A stretch of 63,998 nucleotides of DNA, counting the filler, from an uncultured bacterium (GTDB lineage Bacteria; DAOPZR01): assembly GCA_964637655.1 (NCBI GenBank). It is 8 parts of 8 records of this genome, joined end to end, with 100 filler letters (N's around TTAATTAATTAA, not from the genome) between each part and the next. Parts side by side here need not be neighbours in the genome. Positions count along the whole stretch, not along the records: positions 1 to 8,675 come from CAZWUZ010000171.1; positions 8,776 to 17,439 come from CAZWUZ010000172.1; 6 more parts are not named here. One strand, given 5' to 3'. The notes below the pieces were generated by a model. The model was not told where the DNA came from. It saw nothing but the letters and a program-made list of their open reading frames with translations, and did not search any database. The position numbers and the translations under genes are program-made. Shown here one piece after another: positions 1 to 10,744 of the stretch. The number at the start of each line of letters is the position of its first letter. The stretch's first letter is position 1.

Positions 1-3000
1 AGCAGCGTCACCGGCTCGCCCGTCGCCTTGGTCACGGCCGCATCGAGCTGCTTGCTGTCAATCCCCTTGCGGTACCCCTGCTGTTCGAGCGCGCGCTTGA
101 TGGCAACCGCATCGACGCCCTTGCCCGGGCCGCGGGGCGGCTTGACCGTCAGCTGCAATTCGTTGCCGCTGACCGCGACGGTGAACGAGCCGGCGCAGGC
201 GGCGAGCAGCTGCTGCAGGGCGGCACGTGGCGCGGCGACCACCGGGGCGCCGCCCGCCGCGCGCGGTTTGGCGCTCACCATGATGCGCCACGGACGCGCG
301 CCGACCCCGAGCATCCCCGCCTTGCCCTCTTCGAGCACGCGCTGCTGGACCTCGTCGGGCGAGAGGCGCAGCGCGGCCGCGCCGCGCGCGAGCCCCGTTT
401 CGACACTCTCGCAGATGACCTCGACTTCCTGCTTTTTGGGCGGCGGGAAGAACCAGTCGCGCAGGGTGTCGACCGTGTCGTCTCCGGTCAGCTGCGCCAC
501 CCAGAACTCCGTGTCGGCGCTTTCCCCCTTCGCCGGCTTCTTTGCCGCCTTGCCCTCTTCGGCCGGCGGGGTGAAGGCGGCGAGCTCCTTCGCCGGCAGC
601 CCGAGCAGCACGGCCGCGTTCTTCACTGCCACCGTCGCTGCCGTGGCCGACGTACGCAACAGGCGGCGCAGGTTGCCCAGCTGGGTCAGCAGCAGGAACG
701 GGTCGGGCGGCAACGCCAGCGCGGCGGCAGTCAGCGCCACGGGACGCACGCGCCGCCGCCGGACATGCAACGGTTCCTTGTACGATTCCGAACTGAGTTT
801 CTGCTTGCGGTCGACCAGCGAGCAGCGGCGGGTTTCCTTGCTGAGTTCCTGCGGCGGTGCCGTACCGACCACCACGGTGGTGCCCGGCCAGAGCGTCCCC
901 GCTACCGCCAGCAGTCCGCTGCGGTTATCCTTGACCCGCGCCTCGATTTCGCGCAATTCGTACTCGCGTTCGCGCACCAGCGCGGCAGTCCGTTTTTTTT
1001 CTTCGGCCACTTGCTGCAGGCGTTCCGGGGCGGCCGTCGCCAGTTCCTTATCCAGTGCCGCCAGCGCGGTCCGGTGATCGTCGAGCTGCTTGCGCACGCT
1101 GCCGACCCGCTGCCGGTCCGTCGCCGCCGCCCCGACCGCCACGCGCGTTTTTTCGCCCGAGGGCAGGCCGAGGTCGGCGGTATTGATTTCCTCGCCCGCG
1201 CGCAGTTCACCGCCACCGAGCAGCGCCTTGGGTCCGAGCCCGAGAATGCGCACGCCGGCACTGGCGGTGCAGTGCAGCAGTCCATCCTCGACGAGGATGC
1301 TCCCCCCCGCTTCGAGGTTCGCCCGCTCGGCATACGGCGTGTAGATGTCGCCCCCGGCATCGAGCACGGCCTTGTCTGCGCCCGCCACCCCACCGCGCAC
1401 GATAAGGTCGCCGCCCGCCACCAGGGTCGCCGCTCCGCACGGACCCTCGATAAGCAGCGAGCCGGTGGCCGTCACCGTGGCCCCGTCCGCCACCGCGCCG
1501 CGCACCACGATGTTGCCGTCGTAGGCGAGGGGTTCACCCGCGGCCACACTGTCCACCGCGCGCAGCGGCGCCATCCAGACCGTGGCATCGCACCAGTGAA
1601 CGATACCGTCATACATCGCAAACAGCCGCTGCCCGTCATCGAGCGAAAGCACGTTCAGTTCGCCGGTGAACACCGGGGTGGTGTCGGGCGCCCCCGGCAG
1701 ACGCGCCGCCAGCAGCTGCCCGGCACGCACACTGATATCGCTGAAATCGTATGCGGCATAGAAGGCGCGCGCTGCCGCCGCGGTCATCTCCGTCGCTTCG
1801 CGCCCGCAGGCGTAGACCGCCAGGGCCGGGTCGACCGCCTCCGCTTTATCCGCCGCCGCCTTTTTTTCCTTGTCCGGGAGCAGGTCGATGCGCACCGGCA
1901 CGCTTTTGCCTTCCTTGATCGCGCGGGCGAGAATCTCCGCATCCACCGGCTTGTCGATCTTCTGTTCCGCGAGGTACTGCTGCACCTCGTCGAGGGTGAC
2001 GGGCACACCGCTCCCCGACGGCGGCACCACGGTGACATGCAGGCCCTGCGGCAGATTTTCAACGCGGAAGGAACCGTTGCGCGACACCGGGGCGGCGGGC
2101 TTCTTCGCCGGAGACGCCTTGGGCGGCTCTTTCTTTGCCGGCTCGACCAGCAGCAGGTAGGGCTTCGCCCCGAACCCGAGCACCCCGTCGCTCTTCTCCT
2201 GCAGTACGCGGTGCTGTACCGTGTCGGGGGTCAGGCCGAGCGCGTCCGCCCCGCGCTGCAGTCCCTCGGCAATGCTCTGACACTGCACCTTGACCGATGA
2301 CAGTTTCTTCTGCGGGAGGAAGAGCGCCTCGACGTCGCGGCGCGTCTCCCCGGGCATGGCCTGAATGACGACATACTCGCCCGGCACCGTTTTGCCGCCC
2401 GCCTCCTTCTTCGCCGCGGTGCGCGTCATCACCACCAGCGCTTCGCCGGATACGTCGAGCAGCGGTGCCGCCTGCGCCTGCGCCTGTCCCTCGCTCTCTG
2501 CGACCACCGCCACACAACGCCGCAACTGCTCGGGCATCGCCACCACCGGGTCGGCCGTGAGCGCCAGGGGCGCCGGCAGCAGCCAGGGCAGCGGCTGTTC
2601 CTTGAAGTTTTCCCCGAGATAGGTGCCGTTCTTGTCGATGAAGGTGACTTTTTTCTGTTCCTTGGCCAGCTGCGTGCCGGACGCAGTGCCGACCCCGATT
2701 TTGACCCCGGCGAACACCGTTTCGAGGATGTTGATCTGGCCGGCATGGGTCGTCTGCAGGCGCACCTCGAGCGCGGCCAGTTCCGCCGCGTACCAGCGCC
2801 CGCGCCGCGCGGCCATCGCGTCCCCCTTCTGCTCTTCCGCTTTCGCCTGCTCCGCGGCCTGGCGGACGCGGTCACAGCGGTGCCGGTCGGCATGCGCACT
2901 TCCGGCCAGCGCCACGGTCGCCGTGCTGCCGCCGGTGCCAAGCGTGCGGCAGGTGATGCCCAGCGCCGCGCGCACCTCGCCGCCGAAGATCACCGCCTTC

Positions 3001-3743
3001 GGCCCCATGGCGACAACCTGCCCGCCGGCCCAGGCGAGGCATTCCTGCATGCCGTCCTCGGCAACGAGGTGCACACCAGCCGCCACCGAGCATTTTTCCA
3101 GTTTCTGCGCGATGATGGTGCCGCCCGCGAGCAGCGACCCGGTACCATTGCCGCGCACGGTGCCGCGCACCACGAGGTTGCCCCCCGCCGCCACCGTCGC
3201 CGCGCCGATGTCGCCGGTCACGACGAGGTTCCCCCCCACCGCGAGCAGCACGCCGTCGGCAATGCTGCCGTCGATGCGCACGTCACCGGGGATGTCGCGC
3301 GCCCCGTCCGCCGCCGTCAGGTCGCGGCTGATGGTCTGCTGCGGCACGATACTGACCGTGTCACCCTGCCAGTGCACCGCCCCTGACCCGGCGGCAAAGA
3401 GGTGCTTCCCTTCATCCAGCGCGAGCACATTGAGCCCCGCCGCCACGCTCCCCCCGCTGCGGTTGTCCGCCAGCAGCTGCCCCGCGAGCACACGCCGCAC
3501 CGGGATGCTCCCCGCGGCCAGCACCTGCCGCCACCAGGCCAGCGTGTCGCTGACCGCATCCGGGCGGCCGAAGGTGTACGGACCGGACAATGCCGCCGGC
3601 GTTTCCGCCGCGGCATGCAGCACCGCGGCCGGCGTCCCGTGCAGTGCCGACAGGCCGTGCTCGAGCGAGGCGAGCCGGCTCTCGATTTTTTCGAGTTCGG
3701 ATAGGCTGATGCCGCCGTCAACCGGCGGCTGCGTTTCGCTCAT
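1..3743 (-). CDS. Large tandem FapA (DUF342)-family protein with Jag_N-like domains, 3'-truncated at window edge
   Basis: Hand translation from ATG at 3743 (MSETQPPVDGG...) stays open to base 1. It shows two DUF342-like cores (GDVRIDGSIADG..GGNLVVTGDIGAATVAAGGNLVVRG and GNIVVRGAVADG..GGDLIVRGGV), each followed by a coiled coil and a Jag_N-like segment (VQCQSIAEGLQRGADALGLTPDTVQHRVLQEKSDGVLGFGAKP and VICESVETGLARGAAALRLSPDEVQQRVLEEGKAGMLGVGARP). It is absent from the ORF track, presumably because no stop codon is in the window. Confidence 0.8.
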   Translation of the reverse strand, partial: MSETQPPVDGGISLSELEKIESRLASLEHGLSALHGTPAAVLHAAAETPAALSGPYTFGRPDAVSDTLAWWRQVLAAGSIPVRRVLAGQLLADNRSGGSVAAGLNVLALDEGKHLFAAGSGAVHWQGDTVSIVPQQTISRDLTAADGARDIPGDVRIDGSIADGVLLAVGGNLVVTGDIGAATVAAGGNLVVRGTVRGNGTGSLLAGGTIIAQKLEKCSVAAGVHLVAEDGMQECLAWAGGQVVAMGPKAVIFGGEVRAALGITCRTLGTGGSTATVALAGSAHADRHRCDRVRQAAEQAKAEEQKGDAMAARRGRWYAAELAALEVRLQTTHAGQINILETVFAGVKIGVGTASGTQLAKEQKKVTFIDKNGTYLGENFKEQPLPWLLPAPLALTADPVVAMPEQLRRCVAVVAESEGQAQAQAAPLLDVSGEALVVMTRTAAKKEAGGKTVPGEYVVIQAMPGETRRDVEALFLPQKKLSSVKVQCQSIAEGLQRGADALGLTPDTVQHRVLQEKSDGVLGFGAKPYLLLVEPAKKEPPKASPAKKPAAPVSRNGSFRVENLPQGLHVTVVPPSGSGVPVTLDEVQQYLAEQKIDKPVDAEILARAIKEGKSVPVRIDLLPDKEKKAAADKAEAVDPALAVYACGREATEMTAAAARAFYAAYDFSDISVRAGQLLAARLPGAPDTTPVFTGELNVLSLDDGQRLFAMYDGIVHWCDATVWMAPLRAVDSVAAGEPLAYDGNIVVRGAVADGATVTATGSLLIEGPCGAATLVAGGDLIVRGGVAGADKAVLDAGGDIYTPYAERANLEAGGSILVEDGLLHCTASAGVRILGLGPKALLGGGELRAGEEINTADLGLPSGEKTRVAVGAAATDRQRVGSVRKQLDDHRTALAALDKELATAAPERLQQVAEEKKRTAALVREREYELREIEARVKDNRSGLLAVAGTLWPGTTVVVGTAPPQELSKETRRCSLVDRKQKLSSESYKEPLHVRRRRVRPVALTAAALALPPDPFLLLTQLGNLRRLLRTSATAATVAVKNAAVLLGLPAKELAAFTPPAEEGKAAKKPAKGESADTEFWVAQLTGDDTVDTLRDWFFPPPKKQEVEVICESVETGLARGAAALRLSPDEVQQRVLEEGKAGMLGVGARPWRIMVSAKPRAAGGAPVVAAPRAALQQLLAACAGSFTVAVSGNELQLTVKPPRGPGKGVDAVAIKRALEQQGYRKGIDSKQLDAAVTKATGEPVTL

Positions 3744-3885
3744 TCCCGTCCTTTCGGGCAGAATGACACCATGCCCATTTTCGCGGGCAGTGTAGCATAC
3801 CACCGACGGGAATGCCACCATGCTGCGGTTGCGTTTTTCCCGCTGATGGAGTATGCTGCCGGCAGCAACGAACGGGAGGCCGGTC

Positions 3886-4776
3886 ATGCGCTATGGCATC
3901 GTGCTCTGTATTCTGCTGTTGGCGGGTTGTGTCACGCCCCGCGCCGGGCGGAGCGGACCCGATCTCGAAATTCAGGCGGGCGAGCTGCTCGTGCATCCCG
4001 TGCCGCTCACCGCGGGCCAGGGGGTGACACTCGAAGCGAAGGTGCGCAACAGCGGCAGTGCCACCGCCGGCGAATTCAAGATCGGCTTTTATGCCGACGG
4101 GCAGCTGCTCGGCACGCCGCTGACCGCAGTCAATCTCGATCCGCAGGAGTTCATCGTGGCGGAAGGCACCTGGGTGCCGGAGCGCGCCGGGCAGGTGCGC
4201 CTCGAAGCCCGCGCTGACATCCTTGACCAGGTGAGCGAAAGCCGCGAGTACAACAATACCCGCTTCATCTACCTGACCGTGCAGCCCGCCCCTGCCGCCG
4301 CGGTGCCGGTCACTCCGCCAGCCGGAACGGCACCGGTGACCCCGGTGGTCCCGGCGGTTCCGGTCACTCCGGTCCAGCCGGCGACGCCGGCGGTGGAATA
4401 CGTCACCGTCCCCGATACGCGCACCGCCGGTCCCGCCGGCACTCCCGACCTCGCGGTGGCGCTCGCCGACCTCAGTTATTCGCAGGCGCCGCAGGCGGGA
4501 GTGGAACTGACCCTGTCGCTGTCGGTACGCAACCTCGGCACCGCTGACGTGCCGCAGCCCGTCACCTTCCTCGTGCTGGTCAATGATGTTGAGCTGCCGG
4601 TGCGCGCACGCCTCAACCGCGTACCGCCGGGCGACGCGGTCATGGTCCACCTGCCGTGGACCCCCGCCGCCGAGGGGTGGGCGACGGTAAAAATCGTCGT
4701 CGATCCCGACGGCGCCATCAGCGAACTGGGCAAAGAGAACAACACCGTCAGCCGGCAGTTGTACGTCCGCCCGTAA
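3886..4776 (+). CDS. Lipoprotein with two CARDB (Ig-like) domains
   Basis: GGAGG RBS at 3875, signal peptide with lipobox LLLAGC, two PDL...VRNxG...VD...I/VSE..E.NN CARDB motifs separated by a Pro/Thr/Val linker. Confidence 0.8.
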   Translation: MRYGIVLCILLLAGCVTPRAGRSGPDLEIQAGELLVHPVPLTAGQGVTLEAKVRNSGSATAGEFKIGFYADGQLLGTPLTAVNLDPQEFIVAEGTWVPERAGQVRLEARADILDQVSESREYNNTRFIYLTVQPAPAAAVPVTPPAGTAPVTPVVPAVPVTPVQPATPAVEYVTVPDTRTAGPAGTPDLAVALADLSYSQAPQAGVELTLSLSVRNLGTADVPQPVTFLVLVNDVELPVRARLNRVPPGDAVMVHLPWTPAAEGWATVKIVVDPDGAISELGKENNTVSRQLYVRP

Positions 4777-4850
4777 GCGGCGACACCGTCTCCGGCATCA
4801 GGTACGTATCAACTCTCCGGCAAATGCACGGGAAGACGTGTCGGGTATGT

Positions 4851-6222
4851 TCAGCCGGAGGTGCCGGCCGCGGGTGCGGCCGTGCCTTCACGCGGGGTGC
4901 CGCCCCCCGTCACGGTCGAGGATGGCGACGGCGTCCCCTGCGGCACCACCTGCACGTCGATGACCGCGGGGCGCGCCGGCGGGGCAGCCGGGGCTTCGGG
5001 TTGTTCCGCGTCGTCACCGGAGGGTGCCGGTGCGGCCGGCTGCGGTCGTCCCCCCTGCACCACGGTCGGCGTTGCCACCGTGCGCGCCCCGGCCGAGGCG
5101 CGGCTGCTCAGGCCGATGGACGGGGCCGGGTCGATGACCCCCGCCGCGGTGCGGATTTCGAAGTGCAGGTGCGGGCCGGTGGCGATGCCGGTGGCCCCGA
5201 CCCGCCCGATGAGCTGGCCCTGCTCGACATCCTGCTGCGGCTGCGCGGGCGTCTTCGCCTCGCCCTGNNNNNNNNNNGACATACTGGCCGGTGCCGACGG
5301 TGCTGGTGCTCATGTGCGCGTAGTAGGTGGACATGCCGTTGCTGTGTTCGAGCACCACCGTGCGCCCGTAGCCCGAAATCCAGCCCGCGTACTGCACGCG
5401 CCCCTCCTTGCTGGCGACGATGCGCGTCCCGTGCGGGGCCGAGATATCGATGCCGTTGTGATGACGCCGCACCCCGAGCCGCGGGTGGATGCGCCAGCCG
5501 AAGGGCGAGGTGAAGGTGCCGCCCGGCAGCGGGTTGATGAACCCGGCGGTGCGGCGCGGCGGCCCTGCCGCCACTGCTGCAGCCGCCGTACCGTCTTCGC
5601 CCTGCGGGCGCAGGTTGCTGCCGGGGAGGAACAGCCGCTGGCCGGCGCGCACGCTGCCGCCGGCCAGCCGGTTGAAGGCAATAACCCGCTGCACCGGGAT
5701 GCGATAGCGGGTGGCGATGGCACTGACCGCCTCGCCGCGGCGCACGGTCACCATGATCCCGTCACTGTTGGGCACCTTGAGCAGCTGCCCGACGGTGAGC
5801 GCGCGCGTCGCCGCGCTGAGGTTGTTGGCGGTGATCAGCGCGGTGGCGCTGATGCCGTAGTTGCTGGCAATCGACCAGAGCGATTCCCCCTCGCGCACGC
5901 GGTGCTCGCTGAGGTGCAGGGTTTCGCTGCGCGCGGGCGCGGGCGCCGGCGCCGGGGCGGACGCGGTCATGCGCCGCACCACGTCCCCGAGGTTCTCGGT
6001 CTCATAGTCGAGCAGTTCGAGTTCCTTGCCGAGTTCGGAATCCTTGAGCGCGCGGTAGTTGCTGATCAGCAGCAGGTCGCGATCGACGCTGGTCGGCGCG
6101 CCGACCAGGTTGTAGTTCTGCACGCGCGCGTACGAATGCTTGAGGTAGAGCACCCCCATGAAGAACAGGAGCAGGACGATCATCGCGGCGTAGGCCGTCT
6201 TGTCGATCCCGCCGTGCTTCAT
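4851..6222 (-). CDS. LysM-domain M23 family metallopeptidase (NlpD/MepM-like), interrupted by a 10-N scaffold gap at 5268-5277
   Basis: N-terminal TM segment, two LysM repeats (HRVREGESLWSIA and TVRRGEAVSAIA), HNGIDI and YYAHMS, and after the gap GATGIATGPHLHFEIR. Confidence 0.9.
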
Positions 6223-6250
6223 CCCGGTCCTCCCGCGCGCATGACGCCGC

Positions 6251-7642
6251 TCAGCTCTTGGTGTTCATCGACTTGAGAAATTCCTCGTTGCTCTTCGTGC
6301 CGCGCATGTTGTCGAGGATGAACTCCATCCCCTCGACCGTGCCCAGCGGGGTGAGCACCTTGCGCAGCAGCCAGAGCTTCTGCAGCTCCTCCGGCTTGAG
6401 CAGCATCTCCTCCTTGCGCGTCCCCGACTTCTGCAGGTCGATGGCGGGGAAGATGCGGCGGTCGACCAGGCGGCGGTCGAGAATCACCTCGTTGTTGCCC
6501 GTCCCCTTGAACTCCTCGAAGATGACCTCGTCCATGCGCGAGCCGGTGTCGACCAGCGCGGTGGCGATGATGGTCAGCGAGCCGCCCTCCTCGATGTTGC
6601 GCGCGGCGCCGAAGAAACGCTTCGGCTTGTGCAGGGCGTTGGAGTCGACGCCGCCGGACAGCACCTTGCCGCTGGTCGGCACCGTCTGGTTGTAGGCGCG
6701 GGCGAGGCGGGTGATGCTGTCGAGCAGGATGACCACGTCCTTGCGGTACTCGACCAGGCGCTTGGCCTTCTCGATGACCATTTCCGCCACCTGCGTGTGG
6801 CGCGCCGCCGTCTCGTCGAAGGTCGAGCTGATGACCTCCGCCTTGACGTTGCGCTGCATGTCCGTCACCTCCTCGGGACGCTCATCGACAAGGAGGATGA
6901 GCAGCACCACCTCGGGGTGGTTGCGGCTGATGGCGTTGGCAATCTTCTGCATGAGGATGGTCTTGCCCGTGCGCGGCGGCGCAACGATGAGCGCGCGCTG
7001 TCCCTTGCCCAGCGGGGTGAAGAGGTTGATGACGCGCGTGCTGAAGTCGCGGGCGTCGAACTCGAGGTTGAGTTTGTCCTGCGGGTAGAGCGGGGTCAGG
7101 TTCTCGAACAGCGCGCGGTCGAGCGCGCGGTCGGGCGTCTCGTAGTTGACGCTGTCGACCTTGAGCAGGGCGAAGAACCGCTCCCCCTCCTTGGGGCAGC
7201 GCACCTGGCCCTGCACCACGTCCCCCTTGCGCAGGCCGAAACGCTTGATCTGCGACGGCGAAACGTAGATGTCCGCCTTGCTCTGCAGGTAGTTGTAGCG
7301 CGACGAGCGCAGGAAGCCGTAGCCGTCGGGCATGGTCTCGAGCACGCCCTCCGACGACATGATCCCGGTCTGCGCCGCCTGCGCCTCGAGAATCTTGAAG
7401 ATCAGTTCCTGCTTCTTGAGGTTGCTGAACTCGGCAATCTTCATTTCGCGCGCCAGCGTCGAGAGGTCACCCATCGTCTTCGCCTCGAGCGAAGCGATGT
7501 CGAAGAGGTTGGTGCGCTCGCCCGGCCCGCGCGGGACATCACCCGCCTCCGTTGCGGCGTCCGCGGCGGCCAATGCCGCGGCATCCGCCGCAGGCCGGGT
7601 CGCGGCCGCGGGGTGATGCTGCTTCCTGCGTCCACCTGCCAT
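6251..7642 (-). CDS. rho: Transcription termination factor Rho
   Basis: [61 protein letters not shown]. Confidence 0.99.
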   Translation of the reverse strand: MAGGRRKQHHPAAATRPAADAAALAAADAATEAGDVPRGPGERTNLFDIASLEAKTMGDLSTLAREMKIAEFSNLKKQELIFKILEAQAAQTGIMSSEGVLETMPDGYGFLRSSRYNYLQSKADIYVSPSQIKRFGLRKGDVVQGQVRCPKEGERFFALLKVDSVNYETPDRALDRALFENLTPLYPQDKLNLEFDARDFSTRVINLFTPLGKGQRALIVAPPRTGKTILMQKIANAISRNHPEVVLLILLVDERPEEVTDMQRNVKAEVISSTFDETAARHTQVAEMVIEKAKRLVEYRKDVVILLDSITRLARAYNQTVPTSGKVLSGGVDSNALHKPKRFFGAARNIEEGGSLTIIATALVDTGSRMDEVIFEEFKGTGNNEVILDRRLVDRRIFPAIDLQKSGTRKEEMLLKPEELQKLWLLRKVLTPLGTVEGMEFILDNMRGTKSNEEFLKSMNTKS

Positions 7643-7644
7643 GA

Positions 7645-8496
7645 TTATGCTCCTTGTCCGTCCGTCAGTGGTTGCGCCGCCGCATCCCGTGCCGGGAGCG
7701 GGGGCGTCAGCATCGCGTCAAGGCGTTCCGCGTCTGCGGGAAACGCCAGGACCTGCAGTTCCGCCGCGTCCGCCGCGAGCCCGAAACGGGCGCGCAGCGC
7801 GCGGTCCAGCTGCCGCGCCGCATCCGGCGCGGTCTGATACGAGAAGACGAACAGGCGTCCGCCTTCCAGGATGCCGAAGACATCACCCAGCACGGTGTCG
7901 CTGGCCACCATGCGCAACACACGGTCGAACCCTGCTGCCAGCGTCGCCCCGACGATAGCGAGGGCAAACGGCTGCCCGTAGCGGCGGCTGCGCGCGACCT
8001 CGTAGGCGAGGTAGGCGCGCAGTTCCCCGTCGCCGATGGGCTCCGCGTGCGCCTGCGGCGGCACCGCCTGCGCCGCCAGGTGCGCCGCGTAGCCGCGCAG
8101 GAACCCCGCCGGCGCCACCAGCGCCGCCCCCGTCCCGTCACCCAGCCAGCGCGTGCCGCCCGCCGCGAAATCGTCCACGAGACCGGCCGGCGGCGGCGCG
8201 GCATCCAGCGGGGGAAACGTCATGCTGACCGACTCGTGCGCCGCCAGCAGGTCGTGGGCCCGGTCAGTAACCACCTGGGCCCCCGCCGCGTCGGTGCACG
8301 GCAGAATGGCCGCGACGAGCAGCGGCGCGGGGGCGAACACGGCATCGACGACGCGCAACTGCGCGCGCAGCGCCGCCAGCGCCCCGGTGGTGGCCGGTGC
8401 GGCCAGCAGCACCACCGACAGGTTCGTGCCGTCCGCCTGCCGGCGCAACAGTTCCTGGCGCAGGCGCGCGGCAAAGGCGTCAGCGAGCAGCGTCAC
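7645..8496 (-). CDS. Protein with two degenerate GGDEF-like domains
   Basis: [21 protein letters not shown]...LRVVDAV...[18 protein letters not shown] and [18 protein letters not shown]...[14 protein letters not shown] follow the GGDEF fold pattern but lack GG(D/E)EF. The GTG start overlaps the upstream TGA. Confidence 0.6.
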   Translation of the reverse strand: MTLLADAFAARLRQELLRRQADGTNLSVVLLAAPATTGALAALRAQLRVVDAVFAPAPLLVAAILPCTDAAGAQVVTDRAHDLLAAHESVSMTFPPLDAAPPPAGLVDDFAAGGTRWLGDGTGAALVAPAGFLRGYAAHLAAQAVPPQAHAEPIGDGELRAYLAYEVARSRRYGQPFALAIVGATLAAGFDRVLRMVASDTVLGDVFGILEGGRLFVFSYQTAPDAARQLDRALRARFGLAADAAELQVLAFPADAERLDAMLTPPLPARDAAAQPLTDGQGA

Positions 8497-8675
8497 CGGC
8501 CGTGTTTCCGCAGTTTGTACAGCAGCGTCTGCCGCGGCAGCCCGAGCAGCGTTGCCGCCGCCGCCCGGTCGCGGCAGCCGGCCAGCACTTCCTGCAGCAG
8601 TTCGCGTTCACAGAGATCCATCAGTTCTCCGAGCGGGAGCTTCTGCTCCTGCAGATATTCCATGAGTTCCTCGAC
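8493..8675 (-). CDS. C-terminal Fis-type HTH of a probable sigma54-dependent (NtrC-like) regulator, 5' partial
   Basis: Hand translation ...[39 protein letters not shown]. Confidence 0.75.
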   Translation of the reverse strand, partial: VEELMEYLQEQKLPLGELMDLCERELLQEVLAGCRDRAAAATLLGLPRQTLLYKLRKHGR

Positions 8676-8775
8676 NNNNNNNNNNNNNNNNNNNNNNNNN
8701 NNNNNNNNNNNNNNNNNNNTTAATTAATTAANNNNNNNNNNNNNNNNNNNNNNNNNNNNNNNNNNNNNNNNNNNN

Positions 8776-9776
8776 TGACGACAGCCCTGCTTGCCCTGCT
8801 GCTGATGTTTGCGAGCAAACTGAACGCGGTGTTTGCCGGTGCGGGCTTTATCCTGTGGGCGGCGGCGGCCGGTGACCGGAAACGGGCGGGCGTGATTGCC
8901 GCGCTGGTGGTGGCGGCCGGCCTGGCCTACCTGCTTATCGAGCCGCAATTCTGGTTCAACCGCGGCGACGCGATGCGCACGGTGTTTGCCTATCATCTGC
9001 AGCATCGCAGCTACCCGATGCTGTTCATGGGCGTGCAGCACGCAGACGGCCGGCATGTCGTGCTGTACCCGCTGCTGCAGGTACTGAGTTCGCTCCCGCT
9101 GCCGCACCTGCTGGCGCTGGGTGCCGGCTGCCTGTGGCTGCGGCGGGAGAAGCGTGCCGGTGGCAGGCTGCTCCTGCAACAGGCAGCCTGGCTTGCCATG
9201 GTACTGCTCGGCGTGGCGATGTTCCCGGGGACGCCCAAGTATGCCGGTATCCGCCTCCTGCTCTGCCTCTATCCGTTCCTGGCCATCATCGCGGCTTTCG
9301 GGGTGCACCGGTTGTGCTGTTGTCTGCGGCACCCCCGCCTGCCGGCGGTGTGCCTGCTCGCCGTGCTGGCCTGGCCGGCGACCTCGCTGCTGCAGTTGCA
9401 TCCGCATCACGCGGTCTATGCCAATGCCCTGGTCGGCGGTGCGCGCGGCTGGGCAGCGCTGGGCAATGAAACGTTTGCGGAACTGATGCATCTCACGCCG
9501 GGGATTCTGGCGGCTGCCGAACAGCACCGTCGTGGCAACGAGCGATTGCTGATGACCCCGTACAGTCCGTACGTGGCATACCCCTACCGGCACCTGCAAC
9601 TGGGAACACTCGATACCATTGAGGAGGGCGAACCGTCGCTGCAGCAGGGCGACCTGCTGCTCATCTACGCATCGCATATGCCCGACCGGGCAGCACGTGA
9701 CGGTTCCCTGAAGCGGCGACCGCTGGCGCATTTTGCCGTTTCCGGCATACCGCTGATGACCTTGTACCGCTGGTAG
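8776..9776 (+). CDS. Membrane glycosyltransferase (ArnT/PMT, GT-C-like), 5' partial
   Basis: Multiple TM helices, FASK motif, GIRLLLCLYPFLAIIAAFG and HPHHAVYANALVGG typical of GT-C C-terminal halves. Confidence 0.55.
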
Positions 9777-9883
9777 AACGGTGCTGATCAGCGGATATAC
9801 CTGCAGTAATGACGAAAATATAATGCATGGCGTGATGGCTTGACAGGAAATTCCGGAAACGAAAAATAATCGCGCAGCAGTTG

Positions 9884-9912
9884 TTGACAGGCGGATGATC
9901 CGATGCTACTAT
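9884..9912 (+). promoter_or_regulatory. Sigma70-type promoter
   Basis: TTGACA-17 bp-TACTAT with a TGn extended -10, upstream of the TPR-ino1 operon. Confidence 0.7.
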
Positions 9913-9964
9913 GGCCCTGTCGCTAACGACATAATCTATCTTACATACAGGCGTGGTAACTTAC

Positions 9965-10744
9965 ATGGCAACGGGCAACGGACTCTGGCAGGAGTGCGCA
10001 AGCGCTTTTGCCGCGGGCGAACTATCCGCCGCATGGGAACTCGTGCGCGGGTATATCCGGCAGCAGCCGCGTGATACGGCGGCGCACCGGCTGGCGGGCG
10101 ATATCGCGGCGGCGCGGCGGCAGTGGCGGCAGGCGCTGATTGCCTATCGCAAGGCGCTGCATATCACCCCGGACGACGCGGCGGTTATCCTGCCGCTGGC
10201 GGCGGCGGAACTGGAGGTGGGGATGGCAGGTTCGGCGTACCGGCGGCTGCTCGATTGCCGCCCGCAACCCGGCACGACAGTACGGTTCGGCACGGAGGAG
10301 CATGACGCTCCGGCGTGGTGCGAGGAGTTGCTGGCCGCGGCCCGTGCGCGCCTGCAGGGCGAGCGGCGGCTGCTCGACCGCGTGCTGTGGCATGCCGACC
10401 AGTACCGCGCGGTGCACCGCTTCGACCGCTCCATCCGCTGCTACGAGGCCTACCTGCAGTTCTGTCCCGAATCATATCCCGCGCATTACGGGCTGGGCGA
10501 GGCGCTGAGCGCCTGCCACCGCGACCGCGAGGCGCTCACCTGCTACGCGCAGGCGGCGGCGTGCGCCCCGGCGGACGAAGTCGCGCCGCGCAAGCAACTC
10601 GGGTTTGCCTATATCCGGCTGGGTGACCGCGAGCGCGCGGCTGAGGTCTGGCAGGGTCTCATCGCGCAGCATCCGGCGGAGCGTTTCGTCGCGCATTACC
10701 TTGCGGCGCTGCAGGCGCCGCGTCCCGCGGACGGTCCGCAGTGA
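9965..10744 (+). CDS. Tetratricopeptide repeat protein
   Basis: TPR patterns ALIAYRKALHITPDDA, AHYGLGEAL..EALTCYAQA and LGFAYIRLGDRERAAEVWQ. The start could be GTG 9953. Confidence 0.85.
   Translation: MATGNGLWQECASAFAAGELSAAWELVRGYIRQQPRDTAAHRLAGDIAAARRQWRQALIAYRKALHITPDDAAVILPLAAAELEVGMAGSAYRRLLDCRPQPGTTVRFGTEEHDAPAWCEELLAAARARLQGERRLLDRVLWHADQYRAVHRFDRSIRCYEAYLQFCPESYPAHYGLGEALSACHRDREALTCYAQAAACAPADEVAPRKQLGFAYIRLGDRERAAEVWQGLIAQHPAERFVAHYLAALQAPRPADGPQ

Noticed and set aside
28-3795. Long plus-strand ORFs (28-1077, 765-2300, 2623-3795)
   Set aside because: They are antisense shadows of the minus-strand FapA-like gene in GC-rich DNA and have no recognisable motifs.
5014-5282. Apparent frameshift splitting the M23 peptidase
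   Set aside because: It coincides with a 10-N scaffold gap, so it is an assembly artefact rather than a programmed frameshift or pseudogene.
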